Source of the DNA: Octopus bimaculoides | Lineage: Eukaryota | Assembly: GCF_001194135.2 (NCBI RefSeq) | Contig: NC_068984.1 | Span: forward strand, 89,313,957-89,377,956 | Direction of reading: 5' to 3' | DNA: 64,000 nucleotides | Shown here: piece by piece, positions 51,780 through 64,000 of the stretch | How positions within the stretch are numbered: position 1 is the first letter of the stretch | How the letters are laid out: each line of letters opens with the position of its first letter | The notes under the pieces: model-generated | Databases searched by the model: none | The model's input: the letters and a program-made list of their open reading frames with translations, nothing else | Told to the model about the DNA's origin: nothing | Program-made: the position numbers and the translations under genes

Positions 51780-53100
51780 AACATATTATTGCACCTTTAA
51801 GACTAAAATTTTATTTTTAATGTAGCAGTAATTATTTTAAATTCTGTTGTATTTCTTCATTAAGATTATATCATATTTATGCTACTGAATAACACCTTCT
51901 ATACTTCAGCTTTAGACTGGGACAAATTAATGCCAAGATAGCAAATTCTGCAACTTCTTTGAATAGCTTTGATTCAGATGAGTCTTATACAGGATCACCC
52001 TCACTCCAGAAATTTACAATATCTTTGTTGTAGATCTAATTAATTTTTTTATACTGGTTTGATGGAATGAAATGCTTCTATGAATTCAATTAAAAAAGCA
52101 GTTAGTTGCTTGTTTTATAGAATAATTTTTCAACCAAATATAATGATGCATTCCTTAAGATCTTCAATTGACGAAAAATATACAGAAGAAACTACAAATG
52201 TTTTTCTTAGACGTATTTCTTCATGTCTTGTTGCTGTGTAATCTTTCAGTCATTGAATATTAATTGGAAGAGATCAGTTAATTCATCCAAGTTTGTGGGG
52301 CTTTTTTGTCTTGTACTCTCCATACTTTCTCTAAAACTGGATAAAAAGAAGGATGATTAGATTTTTCTCATCATTACAGATATCAGCAAAAATTTCCGAT
52401 TTATGTAAGGTGATGAGCTGACCAAAATTTTAAACCCAATATTTCTGAAGTATAAAACACTTTTATTCAGTCTCATATGTCAAAGTGGGTTCTTAACTCA
52501 AACCATTATGGTCCAATGCATCCAACACTAGACTCAATGGAAACTCATCTTGTTTTACAGTCAGCTGAAATTTTCAAGTGATTTTCCATCAGTTATAACT
52601 TCATGTAGCTTTTTATATGACAGCTGTATTTTTTTTTTTGTCTTTGGGATGATAAAGAAAATCACTTGTATGTCTTAGAGATAAGGATGCATTTGAAGCT
52701 GCTAATTGAAGAGATTGACACACATCTCATTAAGATAAGTGATGGAATTTCTCTTTTAAGCCAGACATCTTTATTTATGCTACTACCACACTTGTTATAA
52801 GTGGCAACTGCTATAAGCTATGGAATATCAATTTTTTCTTCTTTTCTAATTTCAGTTCACTTGCTAGAACTTCACCAATACATATTTCAAGCACAACAAA
52901 ACTGAAATAAGTTGAAAATATTTTCCCTTCATTTTTGGCTAAAATAAATCACTGCAATATCAAAGATGCAATCTGACTCGCCCCAAAACAAGTCTCCTGC
53001 ATCAGTCATTAAATCCTTTTCAAAATGTTGGCTCTGTGTATTCTTCATAATTGCAGAACATTTACTTCTATGCAGTTTTAATTGTGAGGTTGTTTTACAA
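51780..53100 (-). mobile_element. Decayed hAT transposase remnant
   Basis: LILMRCV..SLQLAAS (CxxH motif, about 52700-52735); KTR*VSIE...WFELRTHF (TRW motif, about 52480-52555); LFKEVAEFAILALICP...FS dimerisation-like segment (about 51870-51965). Confidence 0.65.
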
Positions 53101-53454
53101 TGAATTTCATTTTAAGGCATGTCTGTTACAGGGTTACAATTCTTTAAGACAAACAAACCACAACAAACAATATGGGTTTTTGTGGATCTAGTTAAATTGA
53201 TTCACAAAATCAGCCCCCTTTAATTTTGCTCAGATTGCTTTCAATTTTGGTGTAATGATGCAACTCTGAATTTGATTACGATCAACCAATTACTTTATCT
53301 TGTAAATTAAAGAATCCAATGTTATTTGGAATTAAAGTTGGGAAATTTGGATAATTTTAGCCATTCAACAGACAGCAAGGCATTAACAGCTTGTTACCAT
53401 GACAACCGCATGTTGTGTAGTTTCACTTCACCTGCATCTGTGCCACATGTGAAC

Positions 53455-53990
53455 ATTTTTTCCCACGAGAGTTCTCTACCCCAGTAATGAACTCATTTGC
53501 ATACAGCCAATCAGAGCTCACTTTGACCATGTCAAGTTAAGAAACACACTCTATCAAGTAAACTCAAGACAAAGAACGGTGTTGTAAGTCGACCAATCGC
53601 CAAGTTATACCTGATTTTAGAAAGAGACAAGTAATTAGGTAGATGTGCATCTATACCTTTTATCAGATTTTGTTAGGGCCCCATATGATAAAGATGTGGA
53701 TGAAAAAAAGTGTGGGTAGAGGGGATGTGCTAGCAACCCTCTCCCCTTACTGTTTCAGAAAGTAAACAACAACACAAATAACTATGCAGAGGCAGCCATA
53801 GTTGAAACAAGAACAAGAACACAAGCGTTATCAAAAGAAAATAGATGCATGGTCATTCCTTACCCAAGTGACCTTATCTTATCGTCCATCACTTGTTATG
53901 CGCTCATAAATTAGTTTGATAGTTGAGCTCTGATTGGCTGTATGCAATTGAGTTCATAACTGGGGTCTGGAACTCTTGTGGGAAAAAAAT
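53455..53990. repeat. Inverted-repeat element (arms of about 68 bp) carrying octamer plus CCAAT; third arm copy at 61417-61476
   Basis: 53455-53522 is approximately the reverse complement of 53924-53990. Confidence 0.7.
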
Positions 53991-55667
53991 TTTGCGTGCC
54001 GCATGTTGTACTGTGTTGATTCTTCACTCCAGAAATTCATTTTACCTGCGCGTTTTGTTCTAATTTTTCTGTGGAGTGATACAGATAATTTGACATTATT
54101 TTTGAATTCTGCATGCAAAAACATATAAGATACAAATATTCTTTTTCTTGGGACAAATTCTTTGTTGATCAGTGTTATTCTTATTGTAGTTTACAAATCC
54201 AAGCATGAAAACGTTACTCAACTTTGGAGTGACAAATATATTAATATAACAAATTTTTAAAAAATAATAAAAATATACAAAACACTATGGAAATCAATGA
54301 AGAGATAAAAGAAACAATAAGATGATACCTGTTGACTTTATTAAGTAACAGATCATTGCACAGGGTAGAACCTTAAAGTTGACACCATTACAATGCAGGA
54401 AATTTCTGTTTCACTATTGGCTAAAAATACACAGTTTTTTCGATTTTCAAACCTCAGTGACTTTTTCCTCAATTTTCTTTTTTTTCCACAAGATCATGGG
54501 TTCACAACAATAAGAGTGGAAAACTACATCAATATAACTGATTTTCAGACTTTTTACTTCCTTTTAAAAAATGCAGACTCCGCCAATCAATTTAACTAGA
54601 TCTGGTATTTCTTTCAAACAAAAATACTGTGTTGCATCCTCATAAACTTGGACCATACTAGGAATTTCAGTGATATTAATGAGTTTTAGGGTCTTTTGTA
54701 ATCACAACACTTGGTATTTATCTTAGTTCTGTATGCACTGCACCGTATATCAATTCTCTTCTGAAGTCTTGCCTATATTTCTTTATCTTTGGAATTATGG
54801 GTTAGAGAAATTGCATATTTTAAACATTACTTTAGCACAACAACTACATGTCGCTGAGTTATTGGGAATCATGGAAAAGTGTTGGTACATTGCTAATGAG
54901 TGGTAGTTAATTGTACCTAATTCATTACTTATTTGTAACAAAGCTAAACAATGTGTCACTCACAACAAAATTTGTTATCTGTTTATGCGCATAAAGTATG
55001 TATTAATGCCAACTTAATTTACCTTACAGTTCATTTGACAGTTCACGATTTCGTATTTTTTCACTTCTTTTTAATCATTCCTTTCGCTCCAGCTACTACA
55101 AAGACGAGCCAAACAGCCATCAGTGAAAGCTATAGATCAAGAACACTATCCTTACTTTTTATTTTCTTAACATTTATACAATAGACGGAATCAAATAGAT
55201 GAAAAAAAAAACAAAAAAAAACTTTTAAGACTTATAAGAATGATACGCGTAATCACGGAGGTGTGAGTTTGAGTCTCATAGCTGGCCGCCTACACTTATT
55301 CGAGTCTCATCGCTGGTTGCCTACACTTTTTTCTGCAAAATAGGGTGTCTTATCCTGTTCAGGCTATATTATTAGCATTATCCTGCATTTGAGAATTTAA
55401 AATCACTTCTTTAAAATCTATATAAAAAGACCGAATGTTAAAAATACTGAAATAATTTCAACAAAATTTATTTTCCAATGTTTGAAGTTGACTTGAAAAG
55501 TGAAGGAAATAGTTTTCACATTACCATATACAAATGGCAAAGGTTATCCCCCTCTATCCTGAGCGTTTATATGAAAGATCCGAATTAATTATTCAGTAAC
55601 AGTGAACTTCAAGTGAAAGGCATTGTTTTAGTTTTACAAACGAATTGATATGCATAATAAAATAATT

Positions 55668-55960
55668 ACGTAGGCGTGTGGGCAAGAAACTGGCTTCGCA
55701 ACTACGAGCTTTTGGATTCAGTTCCACTCGTGGCACCTTAGGGTAGGTGTCTTCAACTATATCCCTGGGTGGACCAATGACTTGTGAGTGAATTTGGTAG
55801 ATGGAAACTATGTGAAGCCCGTTGTATGTATGTATGGATGGATGGATGTCTGTATATACGTATGTATGTATGTATGTATGTATGGTGTGTGTGTGCATGC
55901 CCTTGTATTTGTGTTTTTGTTTTAGTCGAAGATAAGCTACATCGACAACTTTGTTGAAAA
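55668..55960 (+). mobile_element. Family B SINE (diverged)
   Basis: GTGGCACCTTAGGGTAGGTGTCTTC... body plus (TATG)n. Confidence 0.65.
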
Positions 55961-55986
55961 ATATATGTTGTTTCACCAGACAACCC

Positions 55987-56091
55987 CAAAATTTTGGGTA
56001 ATTTTTCAGATTAACACCCACACGATTTCCACTAGGGTGTTAGGTTTAGGGTTTTATGGTCAGGGTCAGGGTTAGGGTTTTAGGGTTAGGA

Positions 56092-56139
<48 letters not shown>

Positions 56140-56349
56140 TGTTAGGGTTAGGGTTAGGATTAGGGTTAGTGTTAGGGTTACAGTTTTAGGGTCAGGTTTA
56201 GGGTTTTAGGGTTAGGGTTAGGATTAGGGTTAGGGTTTAGGGCTAGGGTTAGTGTTAGAGTTAGGGTTAGGATTAGGATTAGGTTTAGGGTTTTAGGGTT
56301 AAGGTTAGGTAATTGTGCGGGTGTTAATCTGAAAAATTACCAAATTTTG
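55987..56349 (+). repeat. Interstitial degenerate (TTAGGG)n array (about 56032-56310) enclosed by inverted repeats of about 40 bp
   Basis: TTAGGG/TTTAGGG/TTAGGA/TTAGTG units. 55987-56027 is approximately the reverse complement of 56311-56349. Confidence 0.9.
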
Positions 56350-57519
56350 ATCATTATTGGATTTAACTCACTTTCATACTATTTAAAAAAAATTTCAGCC
56401 TTAAGATGGGAGTTATTGTTGACTATTTGGATAATATCAGTTGATCGTAGTCATTCAGCTAGCTATTTTACAAGGGTAAAACCGTAGGTGTATGATTTGC
56501 ATGCAGAACACTCTCTTGAAGTTTTATCCCTCAGCAATTTCGTATACTATGTATTTAATTGAATCAGTTAAGTACATAACTTCATTTTTTATAATTCAGA
56601 CAAGAGAAAGGTAAAAGTTAATCCTGGTAGAATTTAATCTCAAAATATTAAGATAGCGAATTGTTTTCAGTACGCAGGTATTGCAGACTTTAACTGTTTC
56701 TAAGCGTGACAGTTTAGAATTATATAATTTGGTAATTATTCAGTTAAGGGATATTAAAAAAGTAAACAAAAATTAAGGGGGAGATGACTATTAAAGGGAC
56801 GTAAATATGTCAACTTACTGTTTGTAATAAGGTGACATGGCGAATGAGAATTTTCGCATGTGTATAAATTCATAATTAGTTGATGCCGTACCAACCACTG
56901 ATAAACTTTGTCTTGTGATTCAGCTAATTGGGTTGGGGGTGATATTCCAAAATTCCTCCAAGATTGATTGAGGTTGAGAATTTCAATTTCGGAAGCAATA
57001 AATTGCGGTCCTGCTGGTCAGCCATGTGCCATTCTAATCAATTTCAAAGTAAATAATATCCAGTATTTATGTCGAGCAGTAAGTTGACTTATTTATGTCC
57101 CTTTACTAGTTATCTCCCTCTTAATTTTATTTACTTTTTTAATATCTCTAAACTGAACAATTACCTATATTTTTATTAGTCAATGCTTATGCAAGGTTTA
57201 GTATTATGATAATTTGACAGAAAAGAAATATGCCTGTATGTGTTTGCAGCGAAATTATCTGCTGAAAGATAATAATAATAATAAACTACATATAATAGAT
57301 AATTTTTTCTTTCTATGTAATACCAGCAATGCAAATCCTTAACATTTAATTCAAATTGTTAAAAGTTCATTCCGCCAAACGTTATGATGTACAGCAGCGG
57401 TTCTCAATCGGTCCATATGGCCCCGAGGTCCATATACGATTTTGGGGGTCCACACAATAAAATAATAAATTGGGGATCCACAACAGCATTATAAGGGTCC
57501 CTGAAAAATTTTTGCTTTA

Positions 57520-58250
57520 GAGGCAATGACAGGAGACTGAGACCTTTGGAGATATGCTGTGATTGAGAAGACCCAGCAACTAAAGTGAGATTGCAGCCAC
57601 ACATGTCTGGCCCAGTTAAGAGTACCCCTGATGCATCGGGCGATATGATATGCTTGAGAAGTCCTGTTGAGTCAAGTAAAACCAATATCGTAGCTGTGGC
57701 CAGTGCCCCCTGACTGGTTCCTGTGCTGGTGGCATGTAAAAAGCACCATCCGAATGTGGTCGATGCCAGTACCCACTGACTGGCTCCCGTGCTGGTGGCA
57801 CGTAAAAAGCAGTATCTGAATATGATCGACACCAGGACTGCCTGACTGGCCTCCGTGCCTGTGGCATGTAAAAAGCACCATCCGAACGTGGCCGATGCCA
57901 GTACCCACTGACTACCCCTGTGCCGGTGGCACGTAAAAAGCACCATCCGAACGTGATCGACGCCAGGCCCGCCTGACTGGCTCCTGTGCTGGTGGCACAT
58001 AAAAAGCACCATCCGAACGTGATCGACGCCAGTCCCGCCTGACTGGCTCCTGTACTGGTGGCATGTAAAAAGCACCCACTGCACTCTTGGAGTGGTTGGC
58101 ATTAGGAAGGGCATCCAGCTGTAGAAATATTGCCAGATCAGACTGGAGCCTGGTGCACCCGCTGGCTCTCCAGACCTCAGTCAAACCGTCCAACCTGCCA
58201 GCATAGAAAATGGATGTTAAACGATGATGATTATTATGATGATGATGATG
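57520..58250 (+). mobile_element. RTE-family 3' element containing a 66-bp minisatellite (57711-58075) and a (GAT)n tail
   Basis: Unit starts at 57711, 57777, 57843, 57909, 57974 and 58040. Tail at about 58222-58250. Confidence 0.85.
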
Positions 58251-58472
58251 TATGTACTGGTATGTATTGCAAGAAACAGCTAGATCTCTTTCTTTAACAT
58301 TTTACATAGTTCAACCTACACAAGTTAATGTTTGAAAACAGCATAGGAATTTTGAAAGAAGCTTCTATAAAACTAGTTTTTAAATCTTTTATTTAGCCTG
58401 ACCTAATTTAGTGAGTAAAAAATATAATACAGAACCTAAATTCAATTCTTCCTCCTTTCATTTGGTACCATC

Positions 58473-58750
58473 GGTACTACTTTGGTGTGTAATCTACAAT
58501 TTAAAGGGAGATTACTTTAGGCTATTTTTTAGTTTACTTTGTGTTAGTGCTACTATCTGTGTGATCTACATAAGCAAATTTACTCTGGTAGGTGATCTAC
58601 ACGCTTATTTTAATTATTATATGGCTTTCTTATTATCAAAATTGTCAGAATTTTGGAGAAAAATACATTTACAATGCTAAGTATGTACAAAATAATTTAA
58701 AAAGTAACCTAAAGCAATCTCCCTTGTAGATCACACACCAAAGTAGCACC
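58473..58750. repeat. Imperfect inverted repeat (arms of about 50 bp)
   Basis: 58473-58526 versus 58702-58750. Confidence 0.55.
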
Positions 58751-59050
58751 AAAACATCTCATGCGAGTGTTACACAACTTTCACTATTTCTACTGGTTAA
58801 CACAGATAGGGAGATTCTTTTACCCCCTCTCTCTCACTTTCATCTTTTCTCCAAGTAGTCAACAAAAGATGAACATAACTACCTAAAGAAGAGACAGAAG
58901 GATTGCAGATAATCTGTGAACAACAACAGCACGAAAAAGTTGTATCTTACATAGTAACAACAAAAGAAAGGCCATTTTCATTAATATTCTTCTCCTGTCA
59001 TTCTTTGCTCCATATTATCGTTATGCATACATACATACATACATACATAC

Positions 59051-59600
59051 TGCAATAAAATGTAAACATAATAGACCTGACATAGTAATTTGGGATAGAG
59101 AAGGGAAACTATGTACAATTGTGGAAATCAGCTGCCCAGCAGATGTTAACATAAAGCTAAAGATCAGCGAAAAAGAAAACATGCACGTTGAACTACTACT
59201 ACTCTGTCCAGATTACAGGTTCAGGTTTATACCTGTAATTCTTGGGGTACTGGGATATGTAACACACTGCCTAAATACCAGTCTTGAGAAATTAAGTTTT
59301 TCAAAGTCAGAAAGAAGAAAGCTGATTCGAAGATTACAAATCCAAGCCATCACTGGAACTGTAAAAATCTGTAAAACTTTCCAGAAGTCTATCATTTAAG
59401 TATACATGATCATGTCTAGACATGCAACTTTATGAATGAGAATACATACATAAAACAAAACATGCAAATCTGCACATATACATACAAAACTACCCTGTTG
59501 ATGTTGTTGAAGTTCCAATGAAGGAGCCTTGTATCTAGGTTAGAACCTGGCTCTATCTCTGTTGGTAAGAAGTCTTGAAATAAAACTTTACAATGACATG
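59051..59600 (+). mobile_element. 5'-truncated RLE-type (R4/Dong/NeSL-like) non-LTR retrotransposon: restriction-like endonuclease domain plus 3' UTR
   Basis: Open frame KCKHNRPDIVIWDREGKLCTIVEISCPADVNI..K..EK...IPVILGVLG..., stop at 59397-59399. (CATA)n lies on both flanks. Confidence 0.85.
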
Positions 59601-59601
59601 A

Positions 59602-59634
<33 letters not shown>

Positions 59635-60298
59635 CTTATATATAAGTGGCAATTTCTATCTGTCGATCTGTTTGTTACCTTCTTGCTGCCTACACCAGTG
59701 AACTAATCTCGACAAAATTTTGCAAACATGTTAAACTAACATCCAGTTCAATTATAGGCTAATTGGATTCCAACAAAAATCTATAATGAGCTCCTTAGTC
59801 GGGTTGGGCTATTTTTTCATAAAATGAGAAATGTAGTGGCATAGTGAGTGTGGTTGATATCAGAGAAGAGGAGAACAGTATTGTGTAAGCGACAAATATG
59901 GAGTGGGAGTAGGATGATAAACGTTAATATAACTGTCATTCACGGATATACATGCAACGCTGCATACATACTTTTATAAATACATAGATACACACACACA
60001 CACACATACTACACACACATGCACATAACTAACTTTTAAAATGCTGGAGAAAGGAAAGAAAGGTGGGTGTGAGGAATACATAACTTTAAGGAGAGAGGGG
60101 ATTGGTGGCTTTTCTGCTGTCTATCACAAAGAAACACTCAAACACACACACACATATATACATATATACAAACATACATACATACATGCATACATGCATA
60201 CATACATACATACATACATACATACGTATATATGTGTACTACACACCTTTTTTAAACTTGTGATTACCTGTGTGTACGTTTGTAAGTGTATGCGTGTG

Positions 60299-60330
<32 letters not shown>

Positions 60331-60345
60331 CACGCATGTGTGACA

Positions 60346-60911
60346 TCCTATAACTGACTGTCTCGCTACTTTTGTAGGGTCTTCTTTGTTGCTGTTACAT
60401 ATTGTGAAATTTTAAAATTACGTCAAAAGTTTCAAATTTGGTATATTGAAATAATTCTCCGCGTTAAATCTAATTTTGTTATTAATTTGTTCCAAGAAAA
60501 ATTGCAGAAAAATGTTACTGAGCTTTAAAGTTTAACCAATTTTACCTAATCAGAAAACAGGATTTTAGAAGTTGGCNNNNNNNNNNNNNNNNNNNNNNNN
60601 NNNNNNNNNNNNNNNNNNNNNNNNNNNNNNNNNNNNNNNNNNNNNNNNNNNNNNNNNNNNNNNNNNNNNNNNNNNNNNNNNNNNNNNNNNNNNNNNNNNN
60701 NNNNNNNNNNNNNNNNNNNNNNNNNNNNNNNNNNNNNNNNNNNNNNNNNNNNNNNNNTCAATGAATTTTTTCTTGCTAAAAATTGCACAAATCTGTCCTG
60801 ATCAAGAGACCTATCTGTCGGAGAAGGTATGGTCTGACATGGAATAAACAAAAATTTATGTAAGACATTCTGTTGTAAAAATTGCCCGGCAACGATGGGT
60901 TATTCAGTTAG
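60346..60911 (+). mobile_element. Helitron-like non-autonomous element spanning the 60577-60757 gap
   Basis: 3' CCCGGCAACGATGGG hairpin-like segment followed by TTAG|T. Confidence 0.35.
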
Positions 60912-63177
60912 TACATACATACATACATACATACATACATACATACATACATACATACATACATACATACAACGGAATTCTTTCAGTTTCTGTCTGCAAT
61001 ATCCACTCACAAGGGTTTGTTGGCGTGGAGGCGAAATTTTTTTTCCTGTTTTCTGACTGGGTGAAAATGACCAAACTTTAAACCTTTATAACTTTTTAAA
61101 AAGCATTTACCTGGGAAAAATGAAATAACTCCAGCAATTCAGTTTGGGTTAGTGTATTCTTGGGCTAACATTTAACTAACTAGTGGACATTGAAGGATCA
61201 ACACCAAAATGAAAAAAATATTATTTACATATATTTATTCGTTTGCCCGGACAAACGAATAAATATATGTAAATAAATATATGTAAATATATGTTAGAGA
61301 GACAGTAGTACTTGTTTTTTGATAGTGACAAAAAGGTTGCTGTCTGCCAGTAGAGAAGGAAAGAGTAAGGAATGCATGGTGCTGACTAGAAAAGAAGAAA
61401 AGATAAAGGTGGCTCTGCTCTAATTGGCTGTATGCAAATGAGTTCATTACTAGGATCATGGGGAAAAAAATTTTGCAGCCCAGAGCTTTAGTGGAAGATA
61501 CTTGTTTAAGGTTCCATGCATTGGGAATGAACCCAGAGCCATGTTTAGGAAGAACATTTTTTTACCACACAACTACACTAGCACCTCTCTCTCTTTCTCT
61601 TCTCTCTCTGCACATACGTACGTATGCACGCACACACACACACACACACACACAATGCTCTTGAATTAAAAGTTCGCACAGGGTCTGAATGCAAAAATGA
61701 GATGCTGCAACCTTTATATTCCATTCAACTTGATATTTTCGAGCAAGTGGAAAGAGGCACGATAGGTTGCTGTCGTGAAATCGAAGTGAGGCTAAAATGA
61801 GAATGAGAAAGCTTTACATTCCGGCTATAAAGCCAAAATATTAGAATATTGGTTTCACATTGGTTAATAATGACAGGTGAACATGTTGAACGACTAAAAC
61901 AATACCTGTCGCATGAGTGTTGTTTTGCTACATATTTGAAATCTGTCAGAGGGTAATGGAATAGTAGAAAATAATATCGTGCAGCACTACCAAATAATAT
62001 TTAGTTTTTTCTTATATTTGCTTTAAATTTCACTGACTTTGCTATTAGTTATTCTAGGACTGACTAAATAAGCACTATACAATATTGTAGTCATGTTAAT
62101 CGACTATAATCCTTCCCCTGAAAATTGTGGTCATGTGACAATGTAAGAGATTATGGAGTAATAATTACAATATATCTTAAATACGTAGTACTATTTAGAG
62201 ACTAAACTCGATGCTTGCTGATATACAAACATGGGTAAGAAGTAATGTCCCTCTAATTTTAGTTCAGAGTATACAAAACTCTTATGTGGTGTACATTTTT
62301 CACGTGACAAAAATGTGTACAAACAATACACGGTAAGTATAATTATTAGTTATCACTTTTTTTTTTTAGCTAACTGATCTTTTGTGCACGCATTAATTTC
62401 TTGTGTACTCAAATTTCGTGTATGCACGCGAACACATAGCTTAAAGGGAGACTCATAGATATAATAGGAGTTGTCTCCCTTAGCATGTGTGTTTTGCAAC
62501 AAAATAGATTTTTCAAAGAGTATAGTTAAAAGAAAATTGGGGCACAATAAAAGCAAGAAGTAGGTTACACTTTTCATATTTTTTTCTCTCTAATTTGTAT
62601 CTTACACTAATTGATATAATATATATTTGGAAAATGGGGATCTGAACGGTAGAACAATTTGGCACCTTCCTTTCCCATTGTATTATGTAAAAGTGATTGA
62701 TGGTGACACTATAGACAAATCAATGTGAATCAGCAGGAAAAACAACAAAAAACCTTTAAAAACAAAGCTATTGTTGCATGAAATCTTATTTCACTTTGCT
62801 TGTCATGAATACTTTCAGAAAAAGCTTGAGGATCACAAATCCATATACCCTGCTCTTAAAATATCTGGTTAAACAACTGTATAAGAAATCATATTCTAAG
62901 AAGTTTATTCACAAAAGTAGGTATTGTTTAGGTATTGGTGTCATTTGTAACTCAGATGTGGTGAAAATTTTTCTTAATATAAGACGTGGATGCTTCACAG
63001 GAGCTGCTGTTATTAAGCACAGATAATTTAAATATGTGTAAGAAGGAATGGTGTCCATGGTGATTGATAAATGATCATTGGTTGAGTGTTGATAGAAAAT
63101 CAGAAATAATTGGTCCTCTCTTGACATGAAATAACACAGAAGCTAATGAGATGTGTTGTTAAGAAATTACTGTTAAT

Positions 63178-63560
63178 AATGGTTTCAAATTTTGGCACAA
63201 GGCCAGTAAGTTTAAGGAAGGGAGCTAGTCAGTTATACCAACCCCAGTGCTCAATTGGTACTTATTTTATCGACTTTGAAAGGATGAATGGCGAAGTCAA
63301 CCCTAGTGGCATTTGAAAATCAGAATGTAAAGACCAAATCATTATTAATATCAATGAATTATAAGGTGGTGAGCAGGCAAAATCATTACCATGCTGGAAA
63401 AAATGCTTAGTGGCATTCCTTCTGACTTTACCAAGGTTGACTTTGCTTTTCATCCTTTCAGAGTCAATAAAATAAGTACCAGTTGAACACTGGGGTTGAT
63501 GTAATTAATTTACCCCTTCCCCGAATTTGCTGGCCTTGTGCCAACATTTGAAACCAGTAT
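63178..63560. mobile_element. Two family A SINEs in inverted orientation
   Basis: 63178-63335 (-) and 63361-63560 (+) form a long imperfect inverted pair. Confidence 0.7.
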
Positions 63561-63770
63561 TAACAAACTAGTGCAGTGAAACATAATGTAAATACTAAGT
63601 ACAACACCCTTGGTTTCATGAATTTCTAAGAGATTGTGGTTTATAGAGAAATGTAGAACAACACCTAAAATTCTGGAAACTATATTTATGGTAACTAAAT
63701 GAATGAAATGCTAATGGCTGAGAGTATACTGAATGTTATTTAGAATATGTATGTATGTTTGTTTGTGTGA

Positions 63771-64000
63771 GTATGTATGTATGTATGTATGTATGTATGT
63801 ATGCATGTATGTATGCATGCATGCATGCATGTATGTATGTATGACTGTATATATATTATGTATGTATGTCTCTTCTAATTTTTAATTATTATAAATCTTC
63901 CACTGAGGAGGGAGCCAGTTTCCAACAGAGATACAAGGCTCTATCTTTGGGATGTAGTTAACACAGGCAAATTCACATTCTTGGAGGTGTTCCACGAACC
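63771..64000 (-). mobile_element. 3' UTR of a second RLE-LINE relative ending in (CATA)n
   Basis: GAGCCTTGTATCT..GTT.GAA.CTGGCTC is shared with 59524-59555. Adjacent (TATG)n at 63771-63869. Confidence 0.55.

Noticed and set aside
55271-55328. 31-bp tandem duplication (GAGTCTCAT.GCTGG..GCCTACACTT x2)
   Set aside because: Only two units; ordinary local duplication with no further structure.
56032-56310. True telomere or chromosome fusion site
   Set aside because: Short, degenerate, single orientation, with ordinary sequence on both sides and no head-to-head TTAGGG/CCCTAA junction.
57711-58075. CRISPR-like regular repeats
   Set aside because: Head-to-tail units with no unique spacers, no cas genes, eukaryotic context.
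57404-58114. 236-aa ORF, the longest in the track
   Set aside because: It is the translation of the 66-bp minisatellite (a multiple of 3); repetitive peptide with no splice or homology support.
47000-64000. A third protein-coding gene divergent from FAM104
   Set aside because: I found no exon set with coherent splice phases or recognisable non-TE protein motifs; small exons could still have been missed.

Overview
AT-rich, repeat-dense animal genomic DNA with four N gaps. The SINE/LINE families and TTAGGG repeats suggest an octopus/cephalopod (inference). Two convergent spliced genes could be assembled by hand. (1) + strand: the 3' part of PCYT2 (ethanolamine-phosphate cytidylyltransferase, second CTP-transferase domain), six complete exons at 428-15288 plus a terminal exon whose start is hidden in the 19787-20265 gap (stop 20317-20319). 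Its first intron in the window (567-3843) is a minor-spliceosome AT-AC (U12) intron that splits the His of the HxGH motif and carries a near full-length mariner. (2) - strand: a complete 4-exon FAM104/VCF-family gene (ATG 46830, stop 32060, about 192 aa) with a 25-nt microexon and a promoter containing NRF1-like and overlapping ETS-CRE motifs. The rest is decayed mobile DNA: mariner, Tc1 IR/DR, maT, hAT, piggyBac MITEs, Gypsy pol, a solo LTR, RTE/CR1/RLE LINEs, two or three SINE families and Helitron-like ends. Unusual structures include a TTAGGG array enclosed by inverted repeats, an RLE-type LINE fragment bracketed by (CATA)n, and a perfect 87-bp-arm hairpin element inside (TA)n. No prokaryotic systems, CRISPR arrays or true tRNA/rRNA genes were found.
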